A stretch of 64,000 nt of DNA, from positions 2,304,001-2,368,000 of the forward strand of contig OZ253555.1 of the NCBI GenBank assembly GCA_965262725.1, read 5' to 3'. This document shows positions 37,497 through 46,632 of this stretch, piece after piece. Made by a program: the position numbers and the translations under genes. The notes beneath the pieces are model-generated. The model was not told the origin of the DNA. It did not search any database and saw nothing but the letters and a program-made list of their open reading frames with translations. The stretch comes from Dehalococcoidia bacterium. GTDB taxonomy: Bacteria; Chloroflexota; Dehalococcoidia; UBA2979. The stretch's first letter is position 1. Every line of letters begins with the position of its first letter.

Positions 37497-38831
37497 CTAG
37501 CTCGTCGCCAGGAGGCGCAGGGCGGTCGCCTCCGCAAGGATCGCCCGCTTCAGCTCCCCGAGATCCTGGCTCTCATCGGGCCCGTGGACGGCGCTTCCCG
37601 GATCCCCGACCCCGGTAAGGAGAATCTCGGCATGCGGGTGGGAGGCCGCGAGCCCGGCCACGAGCGGGATGGAGCCTCCGATGCCGACCTCGACCGCCGG
37701 CCGGCCCCAGGCCTCGGCAAGCCCTCGCCGGAAGGCGGCATACGCCGGCCCGGTCGCATCGAGGCGGAATGGGGCACCGCGCGCACCCTCCGTGACCACC
37801 ACCTCCACGCCCCACGGCGCGTTGGACTCCAGGTGCCTCCTGAGCGCCCGCATCGCCCTCCCGGGCTCGTCGCCCGGCGCGAGGCGGACGCTCACCTTCG
37901 CCGCCGCCGCTGGCACGAGCTGGTTGATGGCGCCCGCGGTGCGCGGGGCGTCCACCGCCAGCACGGAGACGGCCGGGCTCATCCAGAGACGCTGCGTCAC
38001 GCTGCCCGTCCCCAGCAGCTCGACGCCGGCGCCCACGCCGGCCTGGAGGCGGAGCTCCGCCTCCTCCACATCCATCGACGGCGCCGGGCCCGTGATCAGC
38101 CCCTCCACCGCGGGAGAGCCGTCTCCGTGGTGCAGCGTCGCGAGCAGGCGCGCCAGGGCCGTGAGTGCGTCGGGCACGGGTCCGCCGAAGAGTCCGCTGT
38201 GGACCCCGGCCGCGAGCACCCGCACCTCGACCAGGCAGTCGACGATGCCCCGCAGCGAGGTGGTGAGGGCCGGCTCGCCGACCCGCCAGTTCAGGGAATC
38301 GGCGACCACGACCACGTCGGCCTCGAGGCGGTCCCCGTATCTCTGGAGAAACGCCTCGAGGTGGGGCGAGCCGATCTCTTCCTCCCCCTCGACGAGAACC
38401 TTCAGGCTCACCGGGGGCCGGCGTCCGATGGCGCGGATCGCCCCGAGGTGCGTCGCGAGGCCCGCCTTGTCGTCCGATGCGCCACGCCCGTAGAGGCGGC
38501 CGGCGCGCTCCTCGGGGCTGAAGGGCGGGCTCGTCCATGAACCCTCGTCCCCCGGGGGCTGCACGTCGTAGTGGGCGTACAGCAGAACCACCGGGGCGTC
38601 GTCCGGCCCCGCAAGCTCTCCGAAGACGGCGGGCGGGGCGTCAGCGAACTCCCAGAGTTCGACGGTGTCGAGCCCGGCCTCGCCGAGGAGCACCGCCGTC
38701 AGCTCCGCGCCGTCACGCAGGGGGGCTTGATCGAACCCCGCGCCGCTCACCGAGGGAATCTGAACGAGCCGGGCGAGCGCCTCCTGGATCAGTCCGAAGT
38801 CGCGATCGACGGTGCGGGAGAGGTCGCTCAT
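37497..38831 (-). CDS. M20/M25/M40 family dipeptidase
   Basis: YAHYDVQP, LYGRGASDDK, EGEEEIGS, HSGLFGG, GGSIP, HGPDES. Confidence 0.93.
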   Translation of the reverse strand: MSDLSRTVDRDFGLIQEALARLVQIPSVSGAGFDQAPLRDGAELTAVLLGEAGLDTVELWEFADAPPAVFGELAGPDDAPVVLLYAHYDVQPPGDEGSWTSPPFSPEERAGRLYGRGASDDKAGLATHLGAIRAIGRRPPVSLKVLVEGEEEIGSPHLEAFLQRYGDRLEADVVVVADSLNWRVGEPALTTSLRGIVDCLVEVRVLAAGVHSGLFGGPVPDALTALARLLATLHHGDGSPAVEGLITGPAPSMDVEEAELRLQAGVGAGVELLGTGSVTQRLWMSPAVSVLAVDAPRTAGAINQLVPAAAAKVSVRLAPGDEPGRAMRALRRHLESNAPWGVEVVVTEGARGAPFRLDATGPAYAAFRRGLAEAWGRPAVEVGIGGSIPLVAGLAASHPHAEILLTGVGDPGSAVHGPDESQDLGELKRAILAEATALRLLATS

Positions 38832-38952
38832 GGCATGGATTCTCGCAGCGTCGGCGACGCGGGCCCCACCGTCACGCGACCGCCCAAGGGTGGCCGGCCG
38901 CAACCGGAGCGGACGGGTCGACGCGGGCGCGTGGCCCGTCACCCGGCGATGC

Positions 38953-38999
38953 TGGTGCCCCCAGGGGGACTCGAACCCCCGTTTCCACCTTGAGAGGGT
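38953..38999 (-). other. 3' half of tRNA-Glu(CTC), the att site of an integrated element
   Basis: ACC-CTCTCAA-GGTGGAAAC-GGGGGTTCGAGTCCCCC-TGGGGGCACCA: anticodon loop, T arm, 3' acceptor strand and CCA are present; D arm and 5' acceptor strand are absent. Confidence 0.85.
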
Positions 39000-39123
39000 A
39001 CCCAGGCCGGTCCCGGCCTGTCGCTTCTGGTCCCTTCGCGAGCCATTTCGTACCTAGCAATAAGAGATTATGACAAGTTATGTCATCGTTCGTGACCCCC
39101 CGTCCCATGCCGTACCACCGAAC

Positions 39124-39148
39124 ATGTCCCCAAGATGTCCCCAAGATG
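39124..39148. repeat. Tandem 11-bp direct repeat, candidate integrase arm site
   Basis: ATGTCCCCAAG ATGTCCCCAAG ATG, about 125 bp inside the att core. Confidence 0.5.
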
Positions 39149-39464
39149 GACGACGCGGGCGCCGGTGAGATCTGGATGATCACCCGCTCTGTCCTGGTGC
39201 GCGATGCCGAGGGCGTTGTCCTCATCATCACCACCGACCTGCCCGTGGTCTCGCGAACGGGGTTCGGTCAGTACGCATACGCACGGACGCGCAGGTGTGC
39301 GCACCGGCGAAGGGGACCATGAGCGACGCGAGAGCCCGGGATCACGTGGCGAGGTCACCATCTGCCACTGGACGGCGATCGGCATGAATGTTCAGCTGTG
39401 CGCAACGATGGGTTGTCCATCGAGAAGCTGCGCCCCCAGCGGCGGTTATTGCGCGCCAACTGCT

Positions 39465-39684
39465 GCACACCCGACGCTACCGACCGCAGACGAACGGCAA
39501 GGCCGAGCGCTTCATCCAGATCCTGCAGAACGAGTGGGCCTACGCCCGCCCATACCGCTCCAACGCGGAACGGATCCACGAACTCCCGCGCTGGCTCTAC
39601 CGCTACGATCACCGCCGACCGCACGGCGGCGTCGGCGGGGCTGTCCCCGCCTTACGCCTGTACACAACGCCCCTGGGAACTACA
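39465..39684 (+). mobile_element. IS481-family transposase remnant (3' end with right terminus)
   Basis: RYRPQTNGKAERFIQILQNEWAYARPY...RRPHGG; ends ...AACTACA followed by GCTAG. Confidence 0.8.
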
Positions 39685-39685
39685 G

Positions 39686-40225
39686 CTAGCCGCGCTGGAT
39701 GACGCCGCAGGCGACGCGGTCGCCGGCCCCGGCGGCCTCGCCGTAGCTATCGGGGTTGGCGTGGACGATGATCGCGGATCCGTCGTCGTCGAACAGGGAG
39801 TGGTCGGCGCCCTCGTCCAGGGTGACGGCATCGCTGAAGTAGTCGGCGCGGGCGGCGCCGTCGGCGCCGCCGTGGATGTTCGGCAGGTCGCCGGCGTGCG
39901 CGCCGTCCTCGTGCAGGAAGCCGTGGCCAGAGCTGCCGGGGTTGAAGTGGTCGCCGGCCGCCGCGAAGTCCGGGGTGCAGGCGCCGACGGCGTGGATGTG
40001 GAAGCCGTGCGCGCCGGGCGAGAGCCCGCTCACGTCAGCCGAGACCAGCACGCCGTGGGGGGCCTGCGTGAGCGTCACCGTGCCCATCGATGCGCCGTCT
40101 GGTCCGGTCAGGGTCGCCGAGGCGGTCGCGCCTATGCCTTCCGGCGCCGCATCGCCGCCGCAAGCCGCCAGCGCCAGTGCCGCAAACAGTGCCGCTGCAG
40201 CGAGGGATGCCAGGCGCAACTTCAT
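39686..40225 (-). CDS. sodC: Cu/Zn superoxide dismutase, lipoprotein
   Basis: Lipobox LAAC; HGFHIH, AGDHFNP, HAGDLPN, IIVHANPD, AGDRVACGVI. Confidence 0.93.
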   Translation of the reverse strand: MKLRLASLAAAALFAALALAACGGDAAPEGIGATASATLTGPDGASMGTVTLTQAPHGVLVSADVSGLSPGAHGFHIHAVGACTPDFAAAGDHFNPGSSGHGFLHEDGAHAGDLPNIHGGADGAARADYFSDAVTLDEGADHSLFDDDGSAIIVHANPDSYGEAAGAGDRVACGVIQRG

Positions 40226-40398
40226 GATCGGAAACCCCCATCCGCACGCGAACTATCGCGGCGATCCTCGGCTGGGGGCGGCCTACCAGCAAACGCCGGC
40301 ACACCCACCCTCCAGATGTCGACGGCCCCGGGCGAACCCCGGGGCGGTCGACAGTGACAGTGCGCCGCTGCAGCGGGAGGACAGCCGCCCGGGCGGAG

Positions 40399-43300
40399 CT
40401 AGCCGCCCGCCGCGTCGTCCCGCCCCGGCCCGGCTGCGGGCGGCCGGTCGCTCCTCGCCACCAGGGGGGTCATCGGGCTCAGGCCGCCGGCGTGGAGCGC
40501 GACGAACGACCGGTTCACGAACTCGGGGGCACCGATGATGTAGGGGAGCCAGGCGCCGTCCTCGAGGGCGTAGAGCGTCGCGACGCCGAGGCTTCGGGCG
40601 CAGTCATCGAGCTCCTCCACGCCGCCCCCGCTGTAGACGACGATGCTGAAGCCTGAGGCGACCTCGCCGCGCAGGCAGCCGGTCGAGCCCTGCGCGAGGG
40701 GAGCCTCCGGGGCCGGGTCCCCGCTGGCAGGTCCGCTGCTGCCGGCGATCAGCGCGGTGACGGAGGGGACTCCGTCGGCGAACAGCTCGCCGAAGGCGCG
40801 GTTGACGAACGCGGGGGCCCCGATGATGTAGGGGACCCAGGCGCCGTTGTCGAGGGCATAGAACCTCGCGACGTGGCGGCTCTTAGCGCACTCCTCCAGC
40901 TCCTCGATGCTGCCGCCCTCGAAGAAGACGAGGCTGAAGCCGACGGCGACCGCGCCGCTCAGGCAGTGCGCCCACCCTTCATCGGTCTCGCCCACTCGCA
41001 CCAGGTAGACCGTCGTGCGGCTGCCGTCCTCAGATGTCACCGTGACCGTGATCTCGGGACCGCCCTCGACGGAGACCTGGTGGCCCGCGGCCTCGGGGTC
41101 GGCGTCCGGGGGGTCGACGGCGACCCTCGCGCGTCGCTGCGCGGCCCCGGCCTCCACGGTGGCCTGCGTGACGCCCTCTGCGACCGTCCCCTCGTACTCC
41201 ACCCGCCCCGGCTCGAAGTCGCCGATCTCCACGCCGCTGAGGCTCAGGGAGGCGAGGCGGGCGTCGATCGCGTCGGGCATGTTGTAGGTGTAGACCTTGT
41301 CGTCGCTCTCGTCGGCGACGTACATGACGTCGCCGTCCGACCAGAGGCCGCGCGGGCTGTTGTTGCTGGCGCGGCTCAGCAGCGTGAAGTCCTCGTCCGA
41401 GATGCGTTCGAGCGGGGTCGGCTCGGCGTCCTCCGCCGCGGGCGCGGCCGGCCGCGCCGGCAGGCGGTAGGCGATGAGCCGCTTCAGGCGGTCGTCCGAC
41501 ACCCAGACCGTGGTCCGGTCGGACCAGATGCCGTGGGGAACGTCGTTGGCGGGGTCGAGCCCGTACTCGGCGAGCAACTCGCCAGTGGCGAGGTCGTAGG
41601 CGAAGAGGCCGTCCTTCCCGCCGTCGAGCACCCACATCGTCTCGTCGTCGGACCAGATGCCGCGGGCGTCGCTGTTGCGGGCGGCGAGCGCGAGCTCACG
41701 CTCCTCCTGGCGCTCGCCCGTCATGAGGTGGTAGGCGAAGAGGCGCTCCTGGCCGCTGTCCGACACCCACGCGGTCACCTCGTCCGACCAGACGCCGCGC
41801 GGGGCGCGGTTTGTCTCATGCAGCGCGAACTCGCGCTCCTCGACGCGCTCGCCCGTCGCGAGCTCGTAGGCGTAGACGGCGTCGTCTGAGCCGGAACCGT
41901 TCTCCAGGATCCAGAGCGTCGTGGCGTCGGACCAGAGGCCGGAGGGGGTGTTGTGGCCGCCGTCGAGCTCCTCGATGTCCCGCGTGACCGTCCACTCGAA
42001 GTCCTCGTCACTGGGGGTGGGGCCGGACGACCCGCCTCCGCCTCCGCCTCCGCCTCCGCCGAAGCTGGGGCCCCCTCCTCCGCCCGGCGGGGTTGGCGCA
42101 GCGCTGGTGACCCTGATCGTCACGTCGATCGTCGCCGTGCCGCCGTTGCCGTCGTTCGCGTCGACAATCACCGCGTAGCTCTCCTGGAACGCCGGATCGA
42201 GCACGGCGTTCGGAGCCACCGTGATCTGGCCGGTGTGCTCGGCGATCGCGAACTCCGGCGGGCCGAATACCTGGTACGTGAGCATATCGGCGTCGACGTC
42301 CGTTGCCGCGACGCGGGCGCCGACCCTGGTACCGGCTGACGCGCCCGGCGCGACGGTGCGGGTGGTGGTCGCCGACGGGAACGTCGGGGCGTCGTTCACC
42401 GCTCCGATGTCGACATCGACGGCCGCCCTGGCGGTCAAACCCTTGGAATCTCTCACCTCGTACATCAAGCTGTCTCCGCCCACGTAGTCCTTCCTGGGCG
42501 TGTACGCGACTCTTTGATCACTCTCGACTGTCGCCGTGCCGCTGGGAGGTCTGACAATGTGCACCGTCATGGCGTCGCCATCGTCCGGGTCGAAGTCGTT
42601 ACTCAGGACGTCGATCATGACCCGCTTGTCCTCGAGCGTGCTGACCTGGTCGGTGTCGGCCCTCGGCTGCTCGTTGACGTCGTTCACGGTGACGGTGACC
42701 ATGATCGTGGCGTCGACCGCCGTGCTGATGTCGCCCCGCGCATTCTTCCCGTCGCTGACCTGGACGGTGACCGTGCGGCTCTCCGCGGCTTCGTGGTCGA
42801 GCGCGTCCTTCGTGCGCAGCTGGCCCGTCCCGGCATCAACGCTGAAGGCGGCGCCGCTCTCAGCGATGGAGTAGGTCAGGGTGTCGCCCTCTTCGTCAGT
42901 TGCCGCGACGGGCGCGCCGACTGCCCGGCCCGGCGGCGTGTTCTCGTCGACCGAGCGCAGGCCGGTCTCCGTCGAGGGGAACCGGGGGCGCTGGTTGCGC
43001 CGCAGCACGGCCGTGCCCGACCACGCGCCCGCGCCCTCGCTGTTGGCGGCCCGCACCTCGATGTCGTAGTCGAACTCGTTGTCGATCGAGGAGACGGTGT
43101 GCTCCAGGGCGCCGTCGCCGGTGTTCCAGGCAGTCTCGACATCCCAGTTCGAGTCGGCCCGGTCGGTCTCATCCGCCTCAATGTAGCGTACGTCGTACCT
43201 GGTGATCTCGGCGCCGCCGTTGCGGGCCGGAGCGCTCCACGAGACCGTGAACTCCCCATCTCCGGCAACGACGCTGTCGATGGCGGGAGCGCCGGGCTCG

Positions 43301-46143
43301 ACGGTCATGGTTTGCCCCTGTGCGACCTCGGACCATGGTCCCGCGCCGGCGCTGTTGACCGCGCGGACCTGCACGTCGTAGCCGACATCCAGGGTCAGGC
43401 CGGACAGCTCGTAGACGAGGTCGCCGGCGCTCCAGATCCGCATCTTCGGCGTCCAGTGCTCGTCCTCCCTGTCCGTTGCGTCGGTGCGGATGTAGCGCAG
43501 GTCGTAGCTCGTGATCGCGGAGGCGCCGATGTCCTCGGGCGCCTCCCAGCCGATGGTGAGGTAGGTGTCGCCCGGCCCGACGGAGGCGATCGCGGGATGG
43601 CGGGGCTTCAGGCCATGGCCGCGGATCGTCAGGCTCCAGCCCGCCAGCGTTCCGTCGTCTGGCAGGCTCGGATCCTTCACCGTCAGCGTCCATGTACCCT
43701 CGGGGTCCTCACCGAGATGACGCGCGGAGCCGAGGTCGATCGGGCTTCGCAGTTCCTGCGGAAGCAGCAACTGCCAGATGTCCCCGGCTGTCCCGGCCAG
43801 GAGCCTGGAGCTGGCTCCCGATGGCGCGATCAGGTCGATCGTCAGTTCCCTGAACTTGTCGTGGTCGATGTCGAGGTTGACGGTGACGTACTCGATGAAC
43901 TCGATGTGGTCACCCGCGATAGCGAGAGTCGTCGTGAAGGTGTTGTTGTCGAGCGACTGGCTCATGGGTGCAGACGTGATCGTCAGCGTTCGGAGGGCGG
44001 GCAGTCCGGGCCATGTCTGCGCCAGCGCTACGGCGGCGCCGGCATCGATCACCCCGAAGCCGTAGGTGTGGTTGTAGTTGTACCGTGCGCTGGTCGAGCC
44101 GTACCGCAGCGCTCCCACTTCCCAGCCACTGTGCGAGGTGTGGTTCTTGCGCGCCGTGGCCGCGATGATGAGCCTGGCGTCGCGCCAGGTCAGCTCAAGG
44201 TTGGCGGCCCGCATGAGCGCTACGACTCCGGACACTAGGGGAGCCGATGCCGAGGTGCCCCCGAACGCATCGGTGTAACCGCCGTTCGTGGTCGTCGCGA
44301 TCTGCGGCAAGTCGCTGTATCGCTCATTCGACGGGGCACAAACCCAGAGGTTGGGTCCCCTCACGGAGCGCGGGCTGCGCACATCCCTGTAGTTGACGGC
44401 GCAGACCGTGACCACGCCGTAGTGGCTGTTGATTTCGCTGAGGTTGGAATAGTCGTTGTCGCCGCCGTTGCCGGCACCGAAGACGTACACCGTCCCCTTT
44501 CCGCCGAAGCCCTCGGAGAGCCCGCGCTCGATTGCGCTGGGCCAGGCTGCCCCGGTCAGCTTCGGAGCCCCGTCGCCCCCGAACCCCCAGCTGTTGTTGC
44601 TCACGGCAGTCTGCGCCAGATGCAGCAGCGCGGCCTCGGCCGCCAGCGCCTGGTTGCGCGCCACGTCACTCGAGAACGCTTCGACCACGTTGGAGCCGTA
44701 GATGGAGGATCGAGGCGCGACCCCGACCATGCCGAAGCCGTTGTCCCGCGCCGCGATCAGACCTGCCACGCTCGTACCGTGGCTCTGGCGTTGTCGGAAA
44801 AAGGTTCGGGCAGGCGTGTGGTTCTGGTCTGGCAGGATGTTGTCCCGCAGGTCCGGGTGATCGAGCTGGAACCCGCCGTCGATGACCGCGACCGTCACCC
44901 CCGCGCCCTTGGTGATTTCCCAGGCCGCCTCCACGTTGATGTCCTGGCGCGCGCCCCCGGCTTGCAGGTTCCCCGTGTTCTTGAGGTGCCACTGGCAGCC
45001 CGAGAGCGGCTCGCCCAGGAGCGAGGGCAGCTTTGTGCAGCGATCCTGCAGATCCTGGTTGCCGGCCGAGAAGCCCACCTTCAGGGTGTACCGGCCGCCT
45101 GAGCGCGCCGCCGCCTCCGCCACGTGAACCACGTACGTCCCGGGTGTCAGGAACGCGGTCGCTTCGAAGGCGACATGATCCTTGTTGATCTCCGACCAGT
45201 AGGATTGCGGGAGGACGTACGTGTCGACCTCCTGGTCGCTGCTGTTGCGGATGGTCGGCGTCAGGGCGAGCAACGCGCCCTGGATCGCGATCGCGCGGAG
45301 CTTCACCCACGAATCCCCCGCCACGGTGAGCTGGAAGTAGTCGTCCGCGCTGGTCGCGTCCACGCGGCCCCCGTATACGCCACCGAGACTGACAGGCGTC
45401 GCCGTGGCGGCCGTGCTGCCCGGATCGTGCACAGCCCGAATGTGGAGGGAGTACGAGCCGGTGGGCCGGCCGTTGCGGGTGCTGCTCGCAACCCTGAGGT
45501 AATAGGTCCCTGCGTTCACCGACCGACGGATGGCGAAGTCCAGCCCCACCTGCGGCTCGGCGTAGCTGTTCGATGTGATCGTTCGGCCGTTGCTGTCCTG
45601 CAGCGAGCCCTCCGTATCGACGCCCCCGGTGGTGTAGAACCAGAGATCGACCGCCTCCGTCAGCACGAGTTTGAACAGGTCCACATCCCCCTCGATATGG
45701 ATCTGAGACGGGATGGTCGAATTGAGCTGCACCGGCGTCGCCTCGGTGCGCCCGGAACTGTGGTCGTGGGGCTGTTCCGTGACGGTCCGGGAGCCGCTCG
45801 CGCCGTCGGTGTTGACCGCCCGCACCTGCACGTCGTACCGGGCGTTGTCGCCCAGGCCTGGGATGACGTGCTGGAGCGTGCCCGACGGTGAGATGCGGCT
45901 CACCACGGTCCAGCTGCCGTCCGACTTGTCGCTGGCGCTGCTCAGGATGTAACGCACGTCGTAGGAGGTGATGGCGGAGCCGCCGGTGTTGGCGGGTGCG
46001 GCCCACGAGACGGTGAGGGAGCCGCCGCCGGCGGTCAGCGAGGTGGCGGTCGGCGCGCCCGGCGCCGTCTGCGCAGCCGCGCGTTCAGCGGGGGCCGTGA
46101 CGCAGAGCGCGACAACGATCGCCAGCAGCGCCGCCCACCTCAC
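40399..46143 (-). CDS. Giant secreted kexin/furin-like S8 protease (1914 aa): FN3, PPC-like domains, S8, P domain, FN3 x2, cadherin/Ig x3, poly-Gly, beta-propeller, beta-sandwich, two C-terminal repeats
   Basis: Signal peptide; catalytic triad VAVIDGG, SHGTSVAG, FGGTSASAP; oxyanion GAGNG; LTWRD and YGFGVIDA; P domain GEDPEGTWTLTVKD; FN3 YDVQVRAVN. Confidence 0.9.
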   Translation of the reverse strand: MRWAALLAIVVALCVTAPAERAAAQTAPGAPTATSLTAGGGSLTVSWAAPANTGGSAITSYDVRYILSSASDKSDGSWTVVSRISPSGTLQHVIPGLGDNARYDVQVRAVNTDGASGSRTVTEQPHDHSSGRTEATPVQLNSTIPSQIHIEGDVDLFKLVLTEAVDLWFYTTGGVDTEGSLQDSNGRTITSNSYAEPQVGLDFAIRRSVNAGTYYLRVASSTRNGRPTGSYSLHIRAVHDPGSTAATATPVSLGGVYGGRVDATSADDYFQLTVAGDSWVKLRAIAIQGALLALTPTIRNSSDQEVDTYVLPQSYWSEINKDHVAFEATAFLTPGTYVVHVAEAAARSGGRYTLKVGFSAGNQDLQDRCTKLPSLLGEPLSGCQWHLKNTGNLQAGGARQDINVEAAWEITKGAGVTVAVIDGGFQLDHPDLRDNILPDQNHTPARTFFRQRQSHGTSVAGLIAARDNGFGMVGVAPRSSIYGSNVVEAFSSDVARNQALAAEAALLHLAQTAVSNNSWGFGGDGAPKLTGAAWPSAIERGLSEGFGGKGTVYVFGAGNGGDNDYSNLSEINSHYGVVTVCAVNYRDVRSPRSVRGPNLWVCAPSNERYSDLPQIATTTNGGYTDAFGGTSASAPLVSGVVALMRAANLELTWRDARLIIAATARKNHTSHSGWEVGALRYGSTSARYNYNHTYGFGVIDAGAAVALAQTWPGLPALRTLTITSAPMSQSLDNNTFTTTLAIAGDHIEFIEYVTVNLDIDHDKFRELTIDLIAPSGASSRLLAGTAGDIWQLLLPQELRSPIDLGSARHLGEDPEGTWTLTVKDPSLPDDGTLAGWSLTIRGHGLKPRHPAIASVGPGDTYLTIGWEAPEDIGASAITSYDLRYIRTDATDREDEHWTPKMRIWSAGDLVYELSGLTLDVGYDVQVRAVNSAGAGPWSEVAQGQTMTVEPGAPAIDSVVAGDGEFTVSWSAPARNGGAEITRYDVRYIEADETDRADSNWDVETAWNTGDGALEHTVSSIDNEFDYDIEVRAANSEGAGAWSGTAVLRRNQRPRFPSTETGLRSVDENTPPGRAVGAPVAATDEEGDTLTYSIAESGAAFSVDAGTGQLRTKDALDHEAAESRTVTVQVSDGKNARGDISTAVDATIMVTVTVNDVNEQPRADTDQVSTLEDKRVMIDVLSNDFDPDDGDAMTVHIVRPPSGTATVESDQRVAYTPRKDYVGGDSLMYEVRDSKGLTARAAVDVDIGAVNDAPTFPSATTTRTVAPGASAGTRVGARVAATDVDADMLTYQVFGPPEFAIAEHTGQITVAPNAVLDPAFQESYAVIVDANDGNGGTATIDVTIRVTSAAPTPPGGGGGPSFGGGGGGGGGGSSGPTPSDEDFEWTVTRDIEELDGGHNTPSGLWSDATTLWILENGSGSDDAVYAYELATGERVEEREFALHETNRAPRGVWSDEVTAWVSDSGQERLFAYHLMTGERQEERELALAARNSDARGIWSDDETMWVLDGGKDGLFAYDLATGELLAEYGLDPANDVPHGIWSDRTTVWVSDDRLKRLIAYRLPARPAAPAAEDAEPTPLERISDEDFTLLSRASNNSPRGLWSDGDVMYVADESDDKVYTYNMPDAIDARLASLSLSGVEIGDFEPGRVEYEGTVAEGVTQATVEAGAAQRRARVAVDPPDADPEAAGHQVSVEGGPEITVTVTSEDGSRTTVYLVRVGETDEGWAHCLSGAVAVGFSLVFFEGGSIEELEECAKSRHVARFYALDNGAWVPYIIGAPAFVNRAFGELFADGVPSVTALIAGSSGPASGDPAPEAPLAQGSTGCLRGEVASGFSIVVYSGGGVEELDDCARSLGVATLYALEDGAWLPYIIGAPEFVNRSFVALHAGGLSPMTPLVARSDRPPAAGPGRDDAAGG

Positions 46144-46373
46144 CGGGCAGGGACATCCGCGCGCTCACACGGGCCGCGATGCAGGCGCCGCCGCCCCGCG
46201 CGGGCGGTCTCAAGACCGCCCACCTGATCACCACCGACCACGTCATTGAGTTCGGAGTCGAGGTCGAACGCGGGCGGGCTCGGCGTCCCAGCCAGGGGCT
46301 CGACCTGCTCGTTGCCGCTGACGTCGCCGTCGGGTGCCAAGACAGGGGCCTTCAACTAGTGGCTGCGCCACTC

Positions 46374-46573
46374 GATTCTGCCATTCCCCTACGGTGATGA
46401 GATAGGTGAAAACGATTAGTCTGGACTAGGCGTAGTGCTCGCTTAGGAATCGGCACTTGGCCTATTGTGGTTGGTACTTTGTGCTCTCGTATCTCATGAG
46501 CAGTCGATGTAAGTTGTCACTGGTAAGAGTCGCGAGATTGCACGGCTCTCGGTGCGGTATTCGATCTGTCATG
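46374..46573. repeat. Conserved ~200-bp low-GC noncoding element, copy A
   Basis: Colinear with 55384-55582: 125/177 identities ungapped by hand count, then 12/13 after a 1-nt gap. Confidence 0.85.
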
Positions 46574-46632
46574 TCAAGGCGCATCCAAGCAGGTAACTCG
46601 GGACCGGGAGACGTGGCTTGCTGAAGACTGGC

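Noticed and set aside
38953-39030. Intact tRNA-Glu gene
   Set aside because: No D arm and no 5' acceptor strand (GCCCCCA) at the expected position; only the 3' half is present
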